A stretch of 64,000 nucleotides of DNA from Rhodothermales bacterium. Its GTDB lineage: Bacteria; Bacteroidota; Rhodothermia; Rhodothermales; DATKEJ01. The DNA lies in contig OZ244956.1 in the NCBI GenBank assembly GCA_965222505.1, positions 788,581 to 852,580 of the forward strand. The letters run 5' to 3'. The position numbers and the translations under genes were made by a program. This document shows, one piece after another, positions 20,602-30,709 of the stretch (its first letter is position 1; every line of letters begins with the position of its first letter). Under the pieces are notes generated by a model. It did not search any database. It was not told where the DNA came from and saw only the letters and a program-made list of their open reading frames with translations.

Positions 20602-20673
20602 CGTATGCTTTATACGTCTAAGAAGTTAAAAGAGCGGCTGACGGCACAGCACCGGTCAGCCTTACACGTTTCC

Positions 20674-21483
20674 TTAAATACCAGCACGTTGACGTTGCCC
20701 TTCGCGCCGCCAAAACCAAATCAGCAACCCACCAAGCAACACCACCGTCAGCAGACCAGCCAAACGCATCACATTCAGGGCAATCGGCACGTACGAGCCG
20801 GCTTCCGGGTCATACTGAAAACAATATAAAATCAAACGGTCAATGGTAGAACCGATTTGTCCCTGCGAGGCTTCAATCAGCGAATTTCGCACATCGAAGG
20901 GTTCAAACGCGATGCCGTACATATACCGGGTAATCAGGCCCTCTCCGCTTAAAAAGACCAGCACCGCCGGGTGGGCGTACTGTTCGCCTGCTTCATCCCA
21001 AGCGTAGCCAAAACCCACCGCATCAGTAAGGCGACGAATATTGGCCTCATCACCCACGAGGAAGTGCCATCCATCGGCGGCTTCGGGTTTCCCCAGCCGC
21101 TCCACATACCGTGTTTTCTGGGTGGCAGCCTGTTGTGGTGTTTCCTCGTGCGAGAAGCTGACCGTCAAGATATCAAATTTTTCGCCAGGGACCCAATCCA
21201 TTTCTCGCAAAGAGGCTGTTAAGCCGTCCAGCAACAAACTACACAACATCGGGCACTCGTGGTAGGCCAGATTGAGCAACACCGGCCGTTTGCCGCCCAG
21301 GTAGTCTCCGAGGGTAACCGACTTTCCTTCGGCATCGGTGAAGACCAGATCCGTGGGAATCGTTTCGCCCAGGTGCTCTGTGACGTCAGCCTCTTTAAGC
21401 GAAGGCGGCAGCTCGTCCATGGCCTGAGCCCAGGCCCCTGTCGCTACGAACATCAAACAATATGTCAACAGCCACCTTATCAT
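20674..21483 (-). CDS. SCO1/SenC family copper chaperone
   Basis: 269 aa; CxxxC ...HECPMLC... plus conserved His region; location between the ACIII and cox operons. Confidence 0.8.
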   Translation of the reverse strand: MIRWLLTYCLMFVATGAWAQAMDELPPSLKEADVTEHLGETIPTDLVFTDAEGKSVTLGDYLGGKRPVLLNLAYHECPMLCSLLLDGLTASLREMDWVPGEKFDILTVSFSHEETPQQAATQKTRYVERLGKPEAADGWHFLVGDEANIRRLTDAVGFGYAWDEAGEQYAHPAVLVFLSGEGLITRYMYGIAFEPFDVRNSLIEASQGQIGSTIDRLILYCFQYDPEAGSYVPIALNVMRLAGLLTVVLLGGLLIWFWRREGQRQRAGI

Positions 21484-21534
21484 TCTTCAACTATATAACA
21501 GGACTACGCACATGGTCTCGGTCTTGCCCGAGCC

Positions 21535-21882
21535 TTACTCGGTGCCTGCATCCTGAATCACAAGTTCCATAGCCCGTTCAATCGGGATGCGGTAGATGCC
21601 CTGTTCGGCATCGACGACACCGTACTGGGTCAGCAAACGCTGGGCATCGGCATTGGCCTGACGCAGCATGACGGGTTGGGTCATACCGGTCACCTCTTGC
21701 TCCTGTGCATGTTCGGTTACGTTGATCCAGGCGACGACAGCCGTAATGGCAAACACCAAAAAGAGGAAGGTGCCAACAGCTATTTTCATGATGGCATGTG
21801 CAGAGATGCCTTCCGGCTCTACACCGGCGGCAACAATCGCTTCTTCTTCCGGCGTCAGGGGCAATGCGGGATCAGGAATCAT
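21535..21882 (-). CDS. Small single-TM protein at the distal end of the ACIII operon (possible ActG-like accessory subunit); the listed ORF 21535..22062 is N-terminally over-extended
   Basis: The real start is probably MIPDPALPLTPEEE..., followed by the TM helix KIAVGTFLFLVFAITAVVAWI. The first 60 codons of the tool ORF overlap repeat element C. Confidence 0.4.
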   Translation of the reverse strand: MIPDPALPLTPEEEAIVAAGVEPEGISAHAIMKIAVGTFLFLVFAITAVVAWINVTEHAQEQEVTGMTQPVMLRQANADAQRLLTQYGVVDAEQGIYRIPIERAMELVIQDAGTE

Positions 21883-21924
21883 GGATCGTTCAGGTTGTGC
21901 TATACAAAAAATGGGGTGCCATGA

Positions 21925-22042
21925 TGCGTGTTGCGTGAACTCAGGTTGGCATGTTCTGATAGGTGAACAAGCGTCGGTCCCTCCCGTGTATACGGTCGGT
22001 AATGTATGGACCGTATTCACGCAACACGTATCACGCAACACT
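21925..22042 (-). repeat. Structured intercistronic repeat element, copy C (actF stop to small ORF)
   Basis: + strand arms cgtgttgcgtgaa (21927) / ttcacgcaacacg (22016) plus a tandem tatcacgcaacac next to the actF stop. Shares aaaaatggggtgc...gcgtgttgcgtgaact with copy D. Confidence 0.6.
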
Positions 22043-23296
22043 TTAAGCATTTTCAAAGGCAATGGACCGGTTGTAATACCGATCTCCGTAGGCTACCAGA
22101 GCATGGCGATTGAAGCGCCAGACGGCCAGGCCAGCCAACAGAGCGACCAGCCCCAACCACAAGGCAAGATCAATCAGGGCTGGGTGAAATCCGTGGTCAT
22201 GCACCGGCATCGCGATCCAGTACAGATCCACATAATGCGCCAGGAAGAACCACACGGTAAAGAACCACAGCACCGGCTTCATGCGCTTGACAGCCCGGAA
22301 CATCAGCGCAAGGAACGGGAACAGGAAGTGCCCGAAAATGAGGAACGTGGCGAGGGTTTCCCAGCCATTTTCCAGCCGATGACGGAACCACAACGTTTCT
22401 TCAGGCAGGTTGCCATACCAGTAGAGCATGTACTGGCTGAAAGCGATGTACGTCCAGAACACCGTGAAGGCAAACATGTACTTGCCGAGGTCATGGTAAT
22501 GCTCGGGCGTGATCACATGGCTCAGCTTGCCTGCACGCTGGATGAACAGGACGGCCATCGTAATCGCTGCCAACGTCACAAACCATGAGCCCGCAAAGTA
22601 ATACACGCCGAACATCGTCGAGAACCAGTGCGGGTCCAGCGTCATCAGCAGGTCGATACCCACGAAGGCCGTTGTGAGGGCAAACGCCAGTAGGCCCCAG
22701 CCGCTGGTAAAGCGCAACTGCTTGGAGCGGTCCTCGCCCGTCAAATCCTGATGGATTGAGTTGGAAAAAAGTTTATAGGACGAGTAGATCCAGATGGCAA
22801 AGTAAATCACGTACCGGGCGATGAAGAACGGCGTATTCAAATAGCCCTGTTTGCCGGCCAGGATTGGGTCGTAATGTGCACCGCCTACTTCGTAGAGGTC
22901 TTCATGCGTCCAGTGGTAGAGGTCGTGCATCCCGAGCAGGATGGGGATCCCCAACACAAACAGCACCGGAAAGCTCATCATCAGGATTTCGGGAATACGC
23001 CGAACGGTGGCACTCCAGTAGGCCTGTGTGATATGGTGGATCATCACAAAAAACCAGCTTCCCAGCGCAATCGACAGACAGAAGGTGTAGCCGATCAGGT
23101 AGGAGAAGTAGAAGCGGGAGGAAAACAGGTGCCCGTCTTCACCCCCCAGGCCCAGGATAACGCCCAGCACCAGCAGGACTGCACCGACGCCAACGAGCAG
23201 TTGCCACGTGCGGCTTTGCGCACCTAGGCGAAACTCGGGGGGGGCCGCCTCATCCGAGCGGCGTACCGGGTCAAAAAGTCTAAGCAACGGATTCAT
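22043..23296 (-). CDS. actF: Alternative Complex III subunit ActF (NrfD-like membrane subunit)
   Basis: 417 aa polytopic membrane protein, homologous to ActC; position in the cluster. Confidence 0.8.
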   Translation of the reverse strand: MNPLLRLFDPVRRSDEAAPPEFRLGAQSRTWQLLVGVGAVLLVLGVILGLGGEDGHLFSSRFYFSYLIGYTFCLSIALGSWFFVMIHHITQAYWSATVRRIPEILMMSFPVLFVLGIPILLGMHDLYHWTHEDLYEVGGAHYDPILAGKQGYLNTPFFIARYVIYFAIWIYSSYKLFSNSIHQDLTGEDRSKQLRFTSGWGLLAFALTTAFVGIDLLMTLDPHWFSTMFGVYYFAGSWFVTLAAITMAVLFIQRAGKLSHVITPEHYHDLGKYMFAFTVFWTYIAFSQYMLYWYGNLPEETLWFRHRLENGWETLATFLIFGHFLFPFLALMFRAVKRMKPVLWFFTVWFFLAHYVDLYWIAMPVHDHGFHPALIDLALWLGLVALLAGLAVWRFNRHALVAYGDRYYNRSIAFENA

Positions 23297-23328
23297 AGAT
23301 CTCGTCGGTATTCAAATGAGGAAGAAGC

Positions 23329-23991
23329 CTACTGGCCGAGGCCCACGTTGGGGCTTTCGTTCTGAATGTTTTGCATCCGGTCTGCGGGTACATCGCCTGC
23401 ACCGGCATACTGGCTGCGCTGCAAGGCCCGAATGTAGGCCACAATGGCCCAGCGGTCCTCGACGGGAATGTGATACCCGTACGCCGGCATGTTGCGAACG
23501 CCGTTGGAAATCACGTCGAAGAGGTGGCCGTCCTCAACGCCCCGCAGGAAGTCGCTGTGGTACGTCGGCGCCGGTACATAGCCGTAGTTGCCCCGCATAA
23601 TCACGCCCAGGCCGTCGCCGGCTTGCCCGTGGCATGGGGCACAATAGATATTGTAACGTTTCTGACCGCGCTCCATTACAGCACGCGTGAGGGGAACAGG
23701 ATTGGTCTGAACCAGGGAGCCGTCGGCCTCTCGACCGAAATACAGGCGGGTGTCTTCCCGGAGGAAGCCCCGGGCAATCGTTCCCGGTACGGGCTGGCGC
23801 ATGGCCCGGCCGTCCGCGAAGAACGCGTTCGGTTCCTGGGCTTCAAACCGTTCCTGATAGTCCATGTTCAGGTTGGGGTGCACCGGCGGCTTGGAAGACG
23901 TCATGCCCCGGCAACCGGCCATAAACAGCAGCCCGAGGCAGAGGGCCGGGAGGAAGGTGAGGTGTTTCATGGATACCTTTTGGCTTGACAT
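23329..23991 (-). CDS. actE: Alternative Complex III subunit ActE (monoheme cytochrome c lipoprotein)
   Basis: 220 aa; signal/lipobox ...LFMAGC...; single CAPCH heme motif. Confidence 0.8.
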   Translation of the reverse strand: MSSQKVSMKHLTFLPALCLGLLFMAGCRGMTSSKPPVHPNLNMDYQERFEAQEPNAFFADGRAMRQPVPGTIARGFLREDTRLYFGREADGSLVQTNPVPLTRAVMERGQKRYNIYCAPCHGQAGDGLGVIMRGNYGYVPAPTYHSDFLRGVEDGHLFDVISNGVRNMPAYGYHIPVEDRWAIVAYIRALQRSQYAGAGDVPADRMQNIQNESPNVGLGQ

Positions 23992-24003
23992 ACAGGAGTG
24001 GGG

Positions 24004-24597
24004 TTAGGTGGAGGCGTCGGCATCCACCACACCGTGATCCTCAATCACTTCAATGTGGGTCGCGCCCAGTTGCTTGAGCAGATCGCCCGCCTGGGTGATG
24101 TCGAATTGGGGATCTTTGGCCTCAATGTGGAGGAAGAACCCGTCGTCCGTGGCTCGGGCAAAGCGCTCGGAGTAAAACAGGGGATTGTACGGTTTGGGCA
24201 GTCCGTTCAGGGCCAGCATGCCGCCCACAGCGGTCAGGGCCGAAAACAGGATGGTCAGTTCGAACATGATGGGCACGGAAGGCTCCAGTGCAAAAAACGG
24301 CTTGCCGCTGATGTTGAGTGGATAATCCACCCCTCCCATCCAGTACTGCATGTAGAACCCGGTGAAGCAACCCGTAATTGCCCCGATGAAGATGATAAAG
24401 CCGAGCTTGGAATCCCCCAGTCCCATTGCCCGGTCCATGCCGTGGATGGGGAATGGACTGTAGGTATCGAACCGTTTAAAGCCGGCCTCGCGCACCCCGT
24501 GGGCCGCGTGGTAGAGCGCGCCGGGGTTGGCAAATTCGCCGAGGACCCCGTAAGTCGTGCCCGTCTCCGGCTTGGAACCAAACAATGAACTTAGCAT
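24004..24597 (-). CDS. actD: Alternative Complex III subunit ActD
   Basis: 197 aa; DUF3341-like; one TM segment; position between actC and actE. Confidence 0.75.
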   Translation of the reverse strand: MLSSLFGSKPETGTTYGVLGEFANPGALYHAAHGVREAGFKRFDTYSPFPIHGMDRAMGLGDSKLGFIIFIGAITGCFTGFYMQYWMGGVDYPLNISGKPFFALEPSVPIMFELTILFSALTAVGGMLALNGLPKPYNPLFYSERFARATDDGFFLHIEAKDPQFDITQAGDLLKQLGATHIEVIEDHGVVDADAST

Positions 24598-24599
24598 GG

Positions 24600-24714
24600 T
24601 TTAATGTGGGTTATGCAAGTAATAAATCGTATGCTCGTATAGTATTTCGTAGTGCGTAAGGGAAGTTGCCCTGATGTGAGAGGGCACCCTTACGCAATAC
24701 GCATTACGCACTAC
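24600..24714 (-). repeat. Structured intercistronic repeat element, copy B (actC stop to actD start)
   Basis: + strand: ...cgtagtgcgtaagggaagttgccctgatgtgagagggcacccttacgcaatacgcattacgcactacg... Around 80% identical to copy A over the core. Confidence 0.6.
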
Positions 24715-26168
24715 GTTTCTGTTTCTGTTTCCGGTGAAGCCAATTCGGCATCGGCACTGTGGCCGTCTCCGTGCTCGTCATAAAAATGCGGGTTGGCTTC
24801 GGGCATCACACCCTTGACCTCGGCGATGGCAACCATCGGCACAAACCGCAGGAAGAGCAGGAACAGGGTCAAAAACAGGCCGAAACTCCCGACGAGCGTC
24901 AGCACGTCCACAATCGTGGGCGAAAAGTAGTCCCAACTCGACGGCAGGTAATCGCGGTGAAGCGATGTTACCGTAATCACGAACCGTTCGAACCACATCC
25001 CGATGTTGACCAAGATCGAGATCACAAACATAAGCGGGATGTTGCGCCGGAACTTCTTGAACCAGAAAAGCTGCGGGGCAAACACGTTGCAGCTAAACAT
25101 CGTCCAGTAGGCCCAGGCATACGGCCCGGTGGCGCGGTTAATGAAGGCATATTGTTCGTAGGTCACGCCGGAGTACCACGCGATGAAAAATTCCGTGATA
25201 TAGGCAAATCCGACGATTGACCCCGTCAGGAGCATGATGATGTTCATCTTCTCCAAATGGTTCAACGTAATCAGGTCCTCAATTTCGTACACCTTCCGGG
25301 CCGTGATCATAAGCGTTTGCACCATGGCAAACCCGGAGAAGATGGCCCCGGCCACAAAGTAGGGTGGGAAAATCGTCGTGTGCCATCCCGGGACGATAGA
25401 CACGGCAAAGTCGAACGACACGACCGAGTGTACAGAAAGCACCAGCGGTGTAGCCAAACCGGCCAGGATGAGATAGGCACGTTCGTAATGCCGCCAGTGC
25501 CGATTGGCACCCGTCCAGCCCAATGCAAGGGCACCCATCACTTTCTGCCGAATTTTGCCTTTGGCGCGGTCACGCAGCGTGGCCCAGTCCGGGATCAAGC
25601 CAACATACCAGAACAGCACCGATACGGTACCGTAGATCGTGACTGCAAACACATCCCACAACAGCGGACTCTTGAACTGCGGCCACATCAGCATCTGGTT
25701 CGGAATGGGCAGCGTCCAGTAGATCACCCAGATCCGTCCGACGTGAATGGTCGGGAACAAGAGCGCACAAACAACGGCAAAGATCGTCATGGCTTCGGCA
25801 GCCCGGTTAATCCCCGTGCGCCACTTCTGCCGGAACAGAAAGAGCACCGCCGAAATCAGCGTGCCCGCGTGGCCGATCCCGACCCAGAACACGAAGTTGA
25901 CGATGGCCCATCCCCAACCGACCGGGTTGTTCAGGCCCCAAACGCCGGTGCCGTTCCAAAACAACCAGGCGATCATGACAATCAGCGTCAGCAACCCGAC
26001 AACGGCCACCCCAAACAACGGGTACCAGAGCTTCGGCGGTTTCTTCTCAGCGTGTTTCGCCACCAGTTCGGTTACATCGTGGAAGGTATGCCCCCCTTCC
26101 ACCAGGGGTGGATCGGAAGCATGTCCGTCGCCGGAGATGCCGAGGTGTTGATCGTGTGTCGTACTCAT
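24711..26168 (-). CDS. actC: Alternative Complex III subunit ActC (NrfD/PsrC-like quinol-interacting membrane subunit)
   Basis: 485 aa polytopic membrane protein; NrfD-family topology. Confidence 0.85.
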   Translation of the reverse strand: MSTTHDQHLGISGDGHASDPPLVEGGHTFHDVTELVAKHAEKKPPKLWYPLFGVAVVGLLTLIVMIAWLFWNGTGVWGLNNPVGWGWAIVNFVFWVGIGHAGTLISAVLFLFRQKWRTGINRAAEAMTIFAVVCALLFPTIHVGRIWVIYWTLPIPNQMLMWPQFKSPLLWDVFAVTIYGTVSVLFWYVGLIPDWATLRDRAKGKIRQKVMGALALGWTGANRHWRHYERAYLILAGLATPLVLSVHSVVSFDFAVSIVPGWHTTIFPPYFVAGAIFSGFAMVQTLMITARKVYEIEDLITLNHLEKMNIIMLLTGSIVGFAYITEFFIAWYSGVTYEQYAFINRATGPYAWAYWTMFSCNVFAPQLFWFKKFRRNIPLMFVISILVNIGMWFERFVITVTSLHRDYLPSSWDYFSPTIVDVLTLVGSFGLFLTLFLLFLRFVPMVAIAEVKGVMPEANPHFYDEHGDGHSADAELASPETETET

Positions 26169-26205
26169 TCGAAATTCTGAGTTTACGATTTACGTTGAAA
26201 ACGTA

Positions 26206-29200
26206 TTAAGAGACGTTTTCGAGGCTTGGGTTGGGATTGCGGAGCCGGGCCAGGTACGAGACCCGTGGTTTGACGGACAGTTCTTCGAGCAACTCATAGT
26301 TGCGCTCGTTCTGTTTCATCCGTACCACCTGGCTATTGGCATCGGTAAGGTCACCGAAGGTAATAGACTGCGAGGGGCATGCCTGCTGACATGCCGTCAG
26401 CACTTCGCCCTCGGCAATGCCCCGGCCCTCACGGCGGGCATCCTGGCCGGTCTTGCGAATGCGATGGATACAGAAGGAACACTTCTCCATCACCCCGCGG
26501 AACCGGACCGTCACGTTCGGATTCTGGACCATATGCACGGTGTCCGGCAGCGTCTTGGTCCAGTTGTAGAAATTGAACCGGCGCACTTTGTACGGGCAGT
26601 TGTTGGCGCAGTAGCGCGTCCCGATACACCGGTTGTAGGCCATCACGTTGATGCCGTCCGGGGAGTGCACCGTCGCGGCCACCGGGCAAACCGACTCGCA
26701 CGGGGCATTTTCGCAGTGCATACACATCACCGGCATGGTAACCATACCCGGTACATGCGTATCGTCCCCGGTATAGTACCGGTCCAGGCGAATCCAGCTC
26801 ATGTCCCGGCCCCGGCTGATCTGGTCTTTTCCGACGACCTGTATGTTGTTTTCGCTCTGGCAAGCTGCGACACAGGCATTACAGCCGGTACAGGTATTCA
26901 GATCGATGACCATCCCCCACTGCTGATCGGCGTACCGTGCGTCTGCATATCTTGGGTCTTTGGTCGGATGATCGTCCTCCCAAAGGGCGGGATATTCATC
27001 CCAGGGTTCAAGTTGCTGCCCTTCGCTTTCCAGCCGTTTAATTACATCACCGGCAAAGGTGGGCGTGGCCTTATATTCTTCAAGCGTTGCCATCCGGAAG
27101 ATGGGGCGGCCTTCCATGGAGCCGTGGTCCTGCGTGGTTGCCACCATGTACCCACCACCCGCTCTGCTCACCTGGGCACCGGATACAAAGGATGCCCCAG
27201 CCGAGCGCAGCGGCGCTACATTTTGGCCCACACCGTTTGCCAATGGACCCGCACTGTAGATATCGGCATCGATATCGTAAATCGGCACATCCGGGGGGAC
27301 CCGTGTGCTGTTGATGGCGCGGCCATAGCCGAGGTTCAGCGTCACGACGTCATCGGCATGGCCGGGGGCCACCCAGACGGGCAACTCAACCGACTGTCCG
27401 TTGGCGGAAATGGTAACGGTGTCTACGTAGTGTTTACCTGCATCGATTTCGTAACCGACGCCGAGGGCACTGGCCGTTGCCGGACTCATCATGGCGGCGT
27501 TGTCCCATGTGATCTTCGTCACGGCATCCGGGGTTTCCTGCATCCAGGCATTGTTCGAGAAACGCCCATCGTAGAGTTTGCCATCAGCGCGGAAGGACAA
27601 TTCAATGCCATCGGCTGTGGTGGGCAGGGCAGCCACAGCGGCACCAATCGAAGCGGCGCCGGGGCTGGCGGCTGCAAAGGCCGAATCGGCCAGGAAACCG
27701 TCATGGACCACTTTCCGCCAGGCGGCCTCATAATCGCCCGTCAGGACGCCGCGCCATCCGTTGCGGATAAGTTCAAAGCTGGAATCGGTGCCCCCAGCCA
27801 GGGCATTGACCACATCCAACGCAGAATGGGCATCCGGGTAAAGCGGGGCAACCAAGGGTTGTACCACAGAGCGGGTACCATCAAAGGCACGGCCGTCGCT
27901 CCAGGCTTCCAGATAATGGGCCTGCGGCAGGTGCCAGGCCGAAGCCTGTGCGGTTTCGTCTACCCAGAGGCCCAGGTGAATCGTGTTGGGCACCTGCCCG
28001 AGGGCCTGGGCAAAATTCAATCCGGCCGGCGCGTTATAGACCGGGTTCACGCCGATCATCAACAGGGTATCCACTTGCCCGGCACTCATGGACTGGGCCA
28101 GTGCAGCCAGGGCTTCGTCTTGCGGTTGCCGCTGGGCTTCACCGGTATTCAGCAACTGAACGGTTGTGCCAATGTTGCCAAGGGTCTGGTTGATGGCGGC
28201 ACACAAGGCATGCACAGCCGCAGGCTGGCCCGAACCGGACAACACAATCCCCTGCCCTTGATGGGCTCGCAGGTCATCCGCCAAGGCGGCAATCCAGGGG
28301 TGATCGGCGAAGGCGCTGCCAGCAGAAGCCGCTTCCGAGAGGCCGAGGCGGGCAGCCAGGGCCGCAGCAAATGCACCGATCTGGCTCGGCTTGAGCCGCA
28401 GGCGATGGTCGGCCATGCCGCCCGTGCCACTGAAGGCACTTTCAACCACGTAAAGCCGACTCATGGTGTCGCTGGTGGACATCACGCGGCGGCCATCGGC
28501 GTAGGTGCGAGCGTCGTGGGTATTATTGGGGTTGAGCGGCCCCAGAAAATCGGCATCCAGGCTCAGAATGACCTGGGCCTGATCAAATTGGTGAACGGTG
28601 CGGTAGGGCTGACCAAAGGCCATTTGTGTGCCTAGTGCAGCGTTATCGTCCCCGGTAGCTTCCCAGGTTACCCAGTTCAAATTCGGGTAGCGGGTGGCAA
28701 GCTGGGTGCGGAGTGCAGCCATCGTCGGCGAACTGCTGGCTTCGGCCAAAACGGCCACCTGGCCGCTCGGCTGATGGGTCCGGGCAAAGTCCGTAAAGTC
28801 ATCCCATGAAGCCGCCGTGTTACCGTGCAGTACGCGCTTGGAACGGTCTGGGTCGTACAGGTTCAGGATGGAAGCCTGCTGGAAGATGTTGGATGCGCCC
28901 TGGCTAACGGGGTGTTCGGTATTGCCTTCGACCTTCGTTGGTCGCCCTTCATGGCTTTCGACGAGCATCGGGTGCAGGACCCCGGCCATCGGCATGGCGG
29001 TGGCATAAAACAACGGCAACCCAGGAATCACTTCCTCGGGTTTGCGGCTGTAGGGTAGAATTTGTTCCACCGGACGGCGGCAAGCGGTCAGGCCGGCCAT
29101 CGCCATAGAGGCCCCCATCAGCTTGATAAAATCACGCCGGGAAGATGCCGTAGGGGCTTCAAGGGCATCCGGCGCAAATTCTTGCGCCTGTTGGGCCCGG

Positions 29201-29364
29201 AACGCCGGGGTCTGGTTATAATCCTCAAGGCTTCGCCAGGTCCGGGTGGTTTCGGATGCGCTGGCTTCAGCTTCGGCCGGACTCAGTACAGGAAGGTCGA
29301 GTAACATAGTCGAGGTATGCGTTCGCGGTGAACGTGGCAGGACATTAGTAGTGGCACGCGCCAC
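26206..29364 (-). CDS. actB: Alternative Complex III subunit ActB (fused molybdopterin-oxidoreductase-like domain plus 4Fe-4S ferredoxin domain), Tat-secreted
   Basis: 1052 aa; twin-arginine motif SRRDFIKLMGASMAMAGLTA; C-terminal Cys clusters (CTGCNACVAACQSEN, CMHCENAPCESVCPV, CIGTRYCANNCPY). Confidence 0.9.
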   Translation of the reverse strand: MARATTNVLPRSPRTHTSTMLLDLPVLSPAEAEASASETTRTWRSLEDYNQTPAFRAQQAQEFAPDALEAPTASSRRDFIKLMGASMAMAGLTACRRPVEQILPYSRKPEEVIPGLPLFYATAMPMAGVLHPMLVESHEGRPTKVEGNTEHPVSQGASNIFQQASILNLYDPDRSKRVLHGNTAASWDDFTDFARTHQPSGQVAVLAEASSSPTMAALRTQLATRYPNLNWVTWEATGDDNAALGTQMAFGQPYRTVHQFDQAQVILSLDADFLGPLNPNNTHDARTYADGRRVMSTSDTMSRLYVVESAFSGTGGMADHRLRLKPSQIGAFAAALAARLGLSEAASAGSAFADHPWIAALADDLRAHQGQGIVLSGSGQPAAVHALCAAINQTLGNIGTTVQLLNTGEAQRQPQDEALAALAQSMSAGQVDTLLMIGVNPVYNAPAGLNFAQALGQVPNTIHLGLWVDETAQASAWHLPQAHYLEAWSDGRAFDGTRSVVQPLVAPLYPDAHSALDVVNALAGGTDSSFELIRNGWRGVLTGDYEAAWRKVVHDGFLADSAFAAASPGAASIGAAVAALPTTADGIELSFRADGKLYDGRFSNNAWMQETPDAVTKITWDNAAMMSPATASALGVGYEIDAGKHYVDTVTISANGQSVELPVWVAPGHADDVVTLNLGYGRAINSTRVPPDVPIYDIDADIYSAGPLANGVGQNVAPLRSAGASFVSGAQVSRAGGGYMVATTQDHGSMEGRPIFRMATLEEYKATPTFAGDVIKRLESEGQQLEPWDEYPALWEDDHPTKDPRYADARYADQQWGMVIDLNTCTGCNACVAACQSENNIQVVGKDQISRGRDMSWIRLDRYYTGDDTHVPGMVTMPVMCMHCENAPCESVCPVAATVHSPDGINVMAYNRCIGTRYCANNCPYKVRRFNFYNWTKTLPDTVHMVQNPNVTVRFRGVMEKCSFCIHRIRKTGQDARREGRGIAEGEVLTACQQACPSQSITFGDLTDANSQVVRMKQNERNYELLEELSVKPRVSYLARLRNPNPSLENVS

Positions 29365-29992
29365 AGGTCTGCGGCGGTCGGATATTTTCCTGACGAATCC
29401 GCTCCAGGTTCAATTCGATATAGTTCGCCGGGCGTTGGTAACCCATCGTGGTCACTTCCGAGGGTGGGCGCAGATGTTCTTCCGGATTGCGATGGCACTC
29501 CAGGCACCAGCCCATCGACAAGGGTTGCGTTTGCTCCACGACAACCATCTGGTCGACGCGGCCATGACAAGACTCACACCCCACGCCCACATTCACATGC
29601 ACGGAATGGCTAAAGACCGCGTAGTCAGGCAGTTGGTGGACTTTCAACCACGGCACGGGATCGCCAGTAGCCCAGCTTTCCCGAACGGGAAGCAACTTAA
29701 GCGACTCGGTGCGAACCTGGCTATGGCAGTTCATACAGGTCTGCGTCGCCGGAATATTGGAGTGGGCGGCCTGCTGCACATAGCTATGGCAATACTGGCA
29801 ATCCAAACCCAACTGCCCCACGTGGAGCTCGTGACTGTACGGCACCGGTTGTTCCGGGGCATAGCCGACATCCGTAAACTTGGGAGAGAAGTAATACCAG
29901 ATAAGAAAGGTCAGAACGCCGCCGCCGACGATAACACCCAGCAGGGTAGCCATGGGCAGGCGGTTGGTCTTACGAGGAAATAGTTGTGGCAT
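29345..29992 (-). CDS. actA: Alternative Complex III subunit ActA (pentaheme cytochrome c)
   Basis: 215 aa; N-terminal TM anchor; five CxxCH motifs (CQYCH, CMNCH, CESCH, CLECH, CGACH). Confidence 0.9.
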   Translation of the reverse strand: MPQLFPRKTNRLPMATLLGVIVGGGVLTFLIWYYFSPKFTDVGYAPEQPVPYSHELHVGQLGLDCQYCHSYVQQAAHSNIPATQTCMNCHSQVRTESLKLLPVRESWATGDPVPWLKVHQLPDYAVFSHSVHVNVGVGCESCHGRVDQMVVVEQTQPLSMGWCLECHRNPEEHLRPPSEVTTMGYQRPANYIELNLERIRQENIRPPQTCGACHY

Positions 29993-30572
29993 ACGGCTTT
30001 GGTAAAGGATAAACCTCCGAAGCGGGATCTAGGTGTGGTGCTTCACCCATGGCGAAAATGTAGAATATGGGGCACCTTACGTGCTTTGAATTTAGGTTGA
30101 ATACAAACCTTTCAATATTTACAAAACCGGTTTTTGGGGCCCATTTTTGGGTGATGGTGAAAAACTACGAAATCCATCTTCCAGATGTGCAGAACCTGAC
30201 TTGCGGTTTTGTGAAGGTCTGTTGGCGTTGTAGCGAATTTGCGTCGAAGGACTTGCCAGGAAATACGACCGCCGGGCTTGTTGAAGGTGCGCGTTTTGTT
30301 TAAATTCCTGCAATTACATCAGATGTGACACCCCACTCCCCTGCGATGTCGACAACGTTCCACCCTCCGACATCAGAGTCTTTGGATTCGCATACTAAGC
30401 CTCAGGGCGGCTGGGCGAAAATGCACGCTTTGGGCCGAAACGAGTAGCCAACCCATAGGAAGCGGACCTCATCTAAAACATGCGAACCGGAAGTGAAGGT
30501 GTGTACATCTTTGCATTGGAAGGGCTGGTTCATCTGCAATGTGTGGCCCCTTTATGTGGGTGGATACTCCCG

Positions 30573-30609
30573 AACGCTCGGTCGAATTTGACCGAGCGTT
30601 ATTTTTTTG
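30573..30609 (+). terminator. Intrinsic terminator in the 5' leader about 100 nt upstream of nfeD
   Basis: aacgctcggtc-gaattt-gaccgagcgtt followed by atttttttg (11-bp stem plus T7). Confidence 0.7.
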
Positions 30610-30709
30610 AGACCAGGGGTCTGCAGCATCCCTTGATATTTTCTGCCACTTTCCAAAACTACCGTTCCTATCTTGGCGTATACACCGCTCATACTAAACA
30701 GAAACCGTC

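Noticed and set aside
21883-22062. N-terminal 60 codons of ORF 21535..22062
   Set aside because: They overlap repeat element C and the actF stop. A good internal Met (MIPDPALPL...) directly precedes the only TM helix.
26464-28635. 723-aa + strand ORF antisense to actB, and similar long antisense ORFs (18579..19598+, 21668..22588+, 25257..26180+, 33484..34272+, 37515..38384+, 46727..47656+, 50167..51579-, 31343..32473-)
   Set aside because: They lie entirely within well-supported genes on the opposite strand. Their translations are low-complexity (R/G/H/P-rich), typical of high-GC stop-codon-poor antisense frames, and have no recognisable domains.
30067-30303. 78-aa ORF in the actA/nfeD divergent region
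   Set aside because: It sits in an AT-rich promoter/leader region and has no homology or typical coding composition. The region is interpreted as leader or possible sRNA instead.
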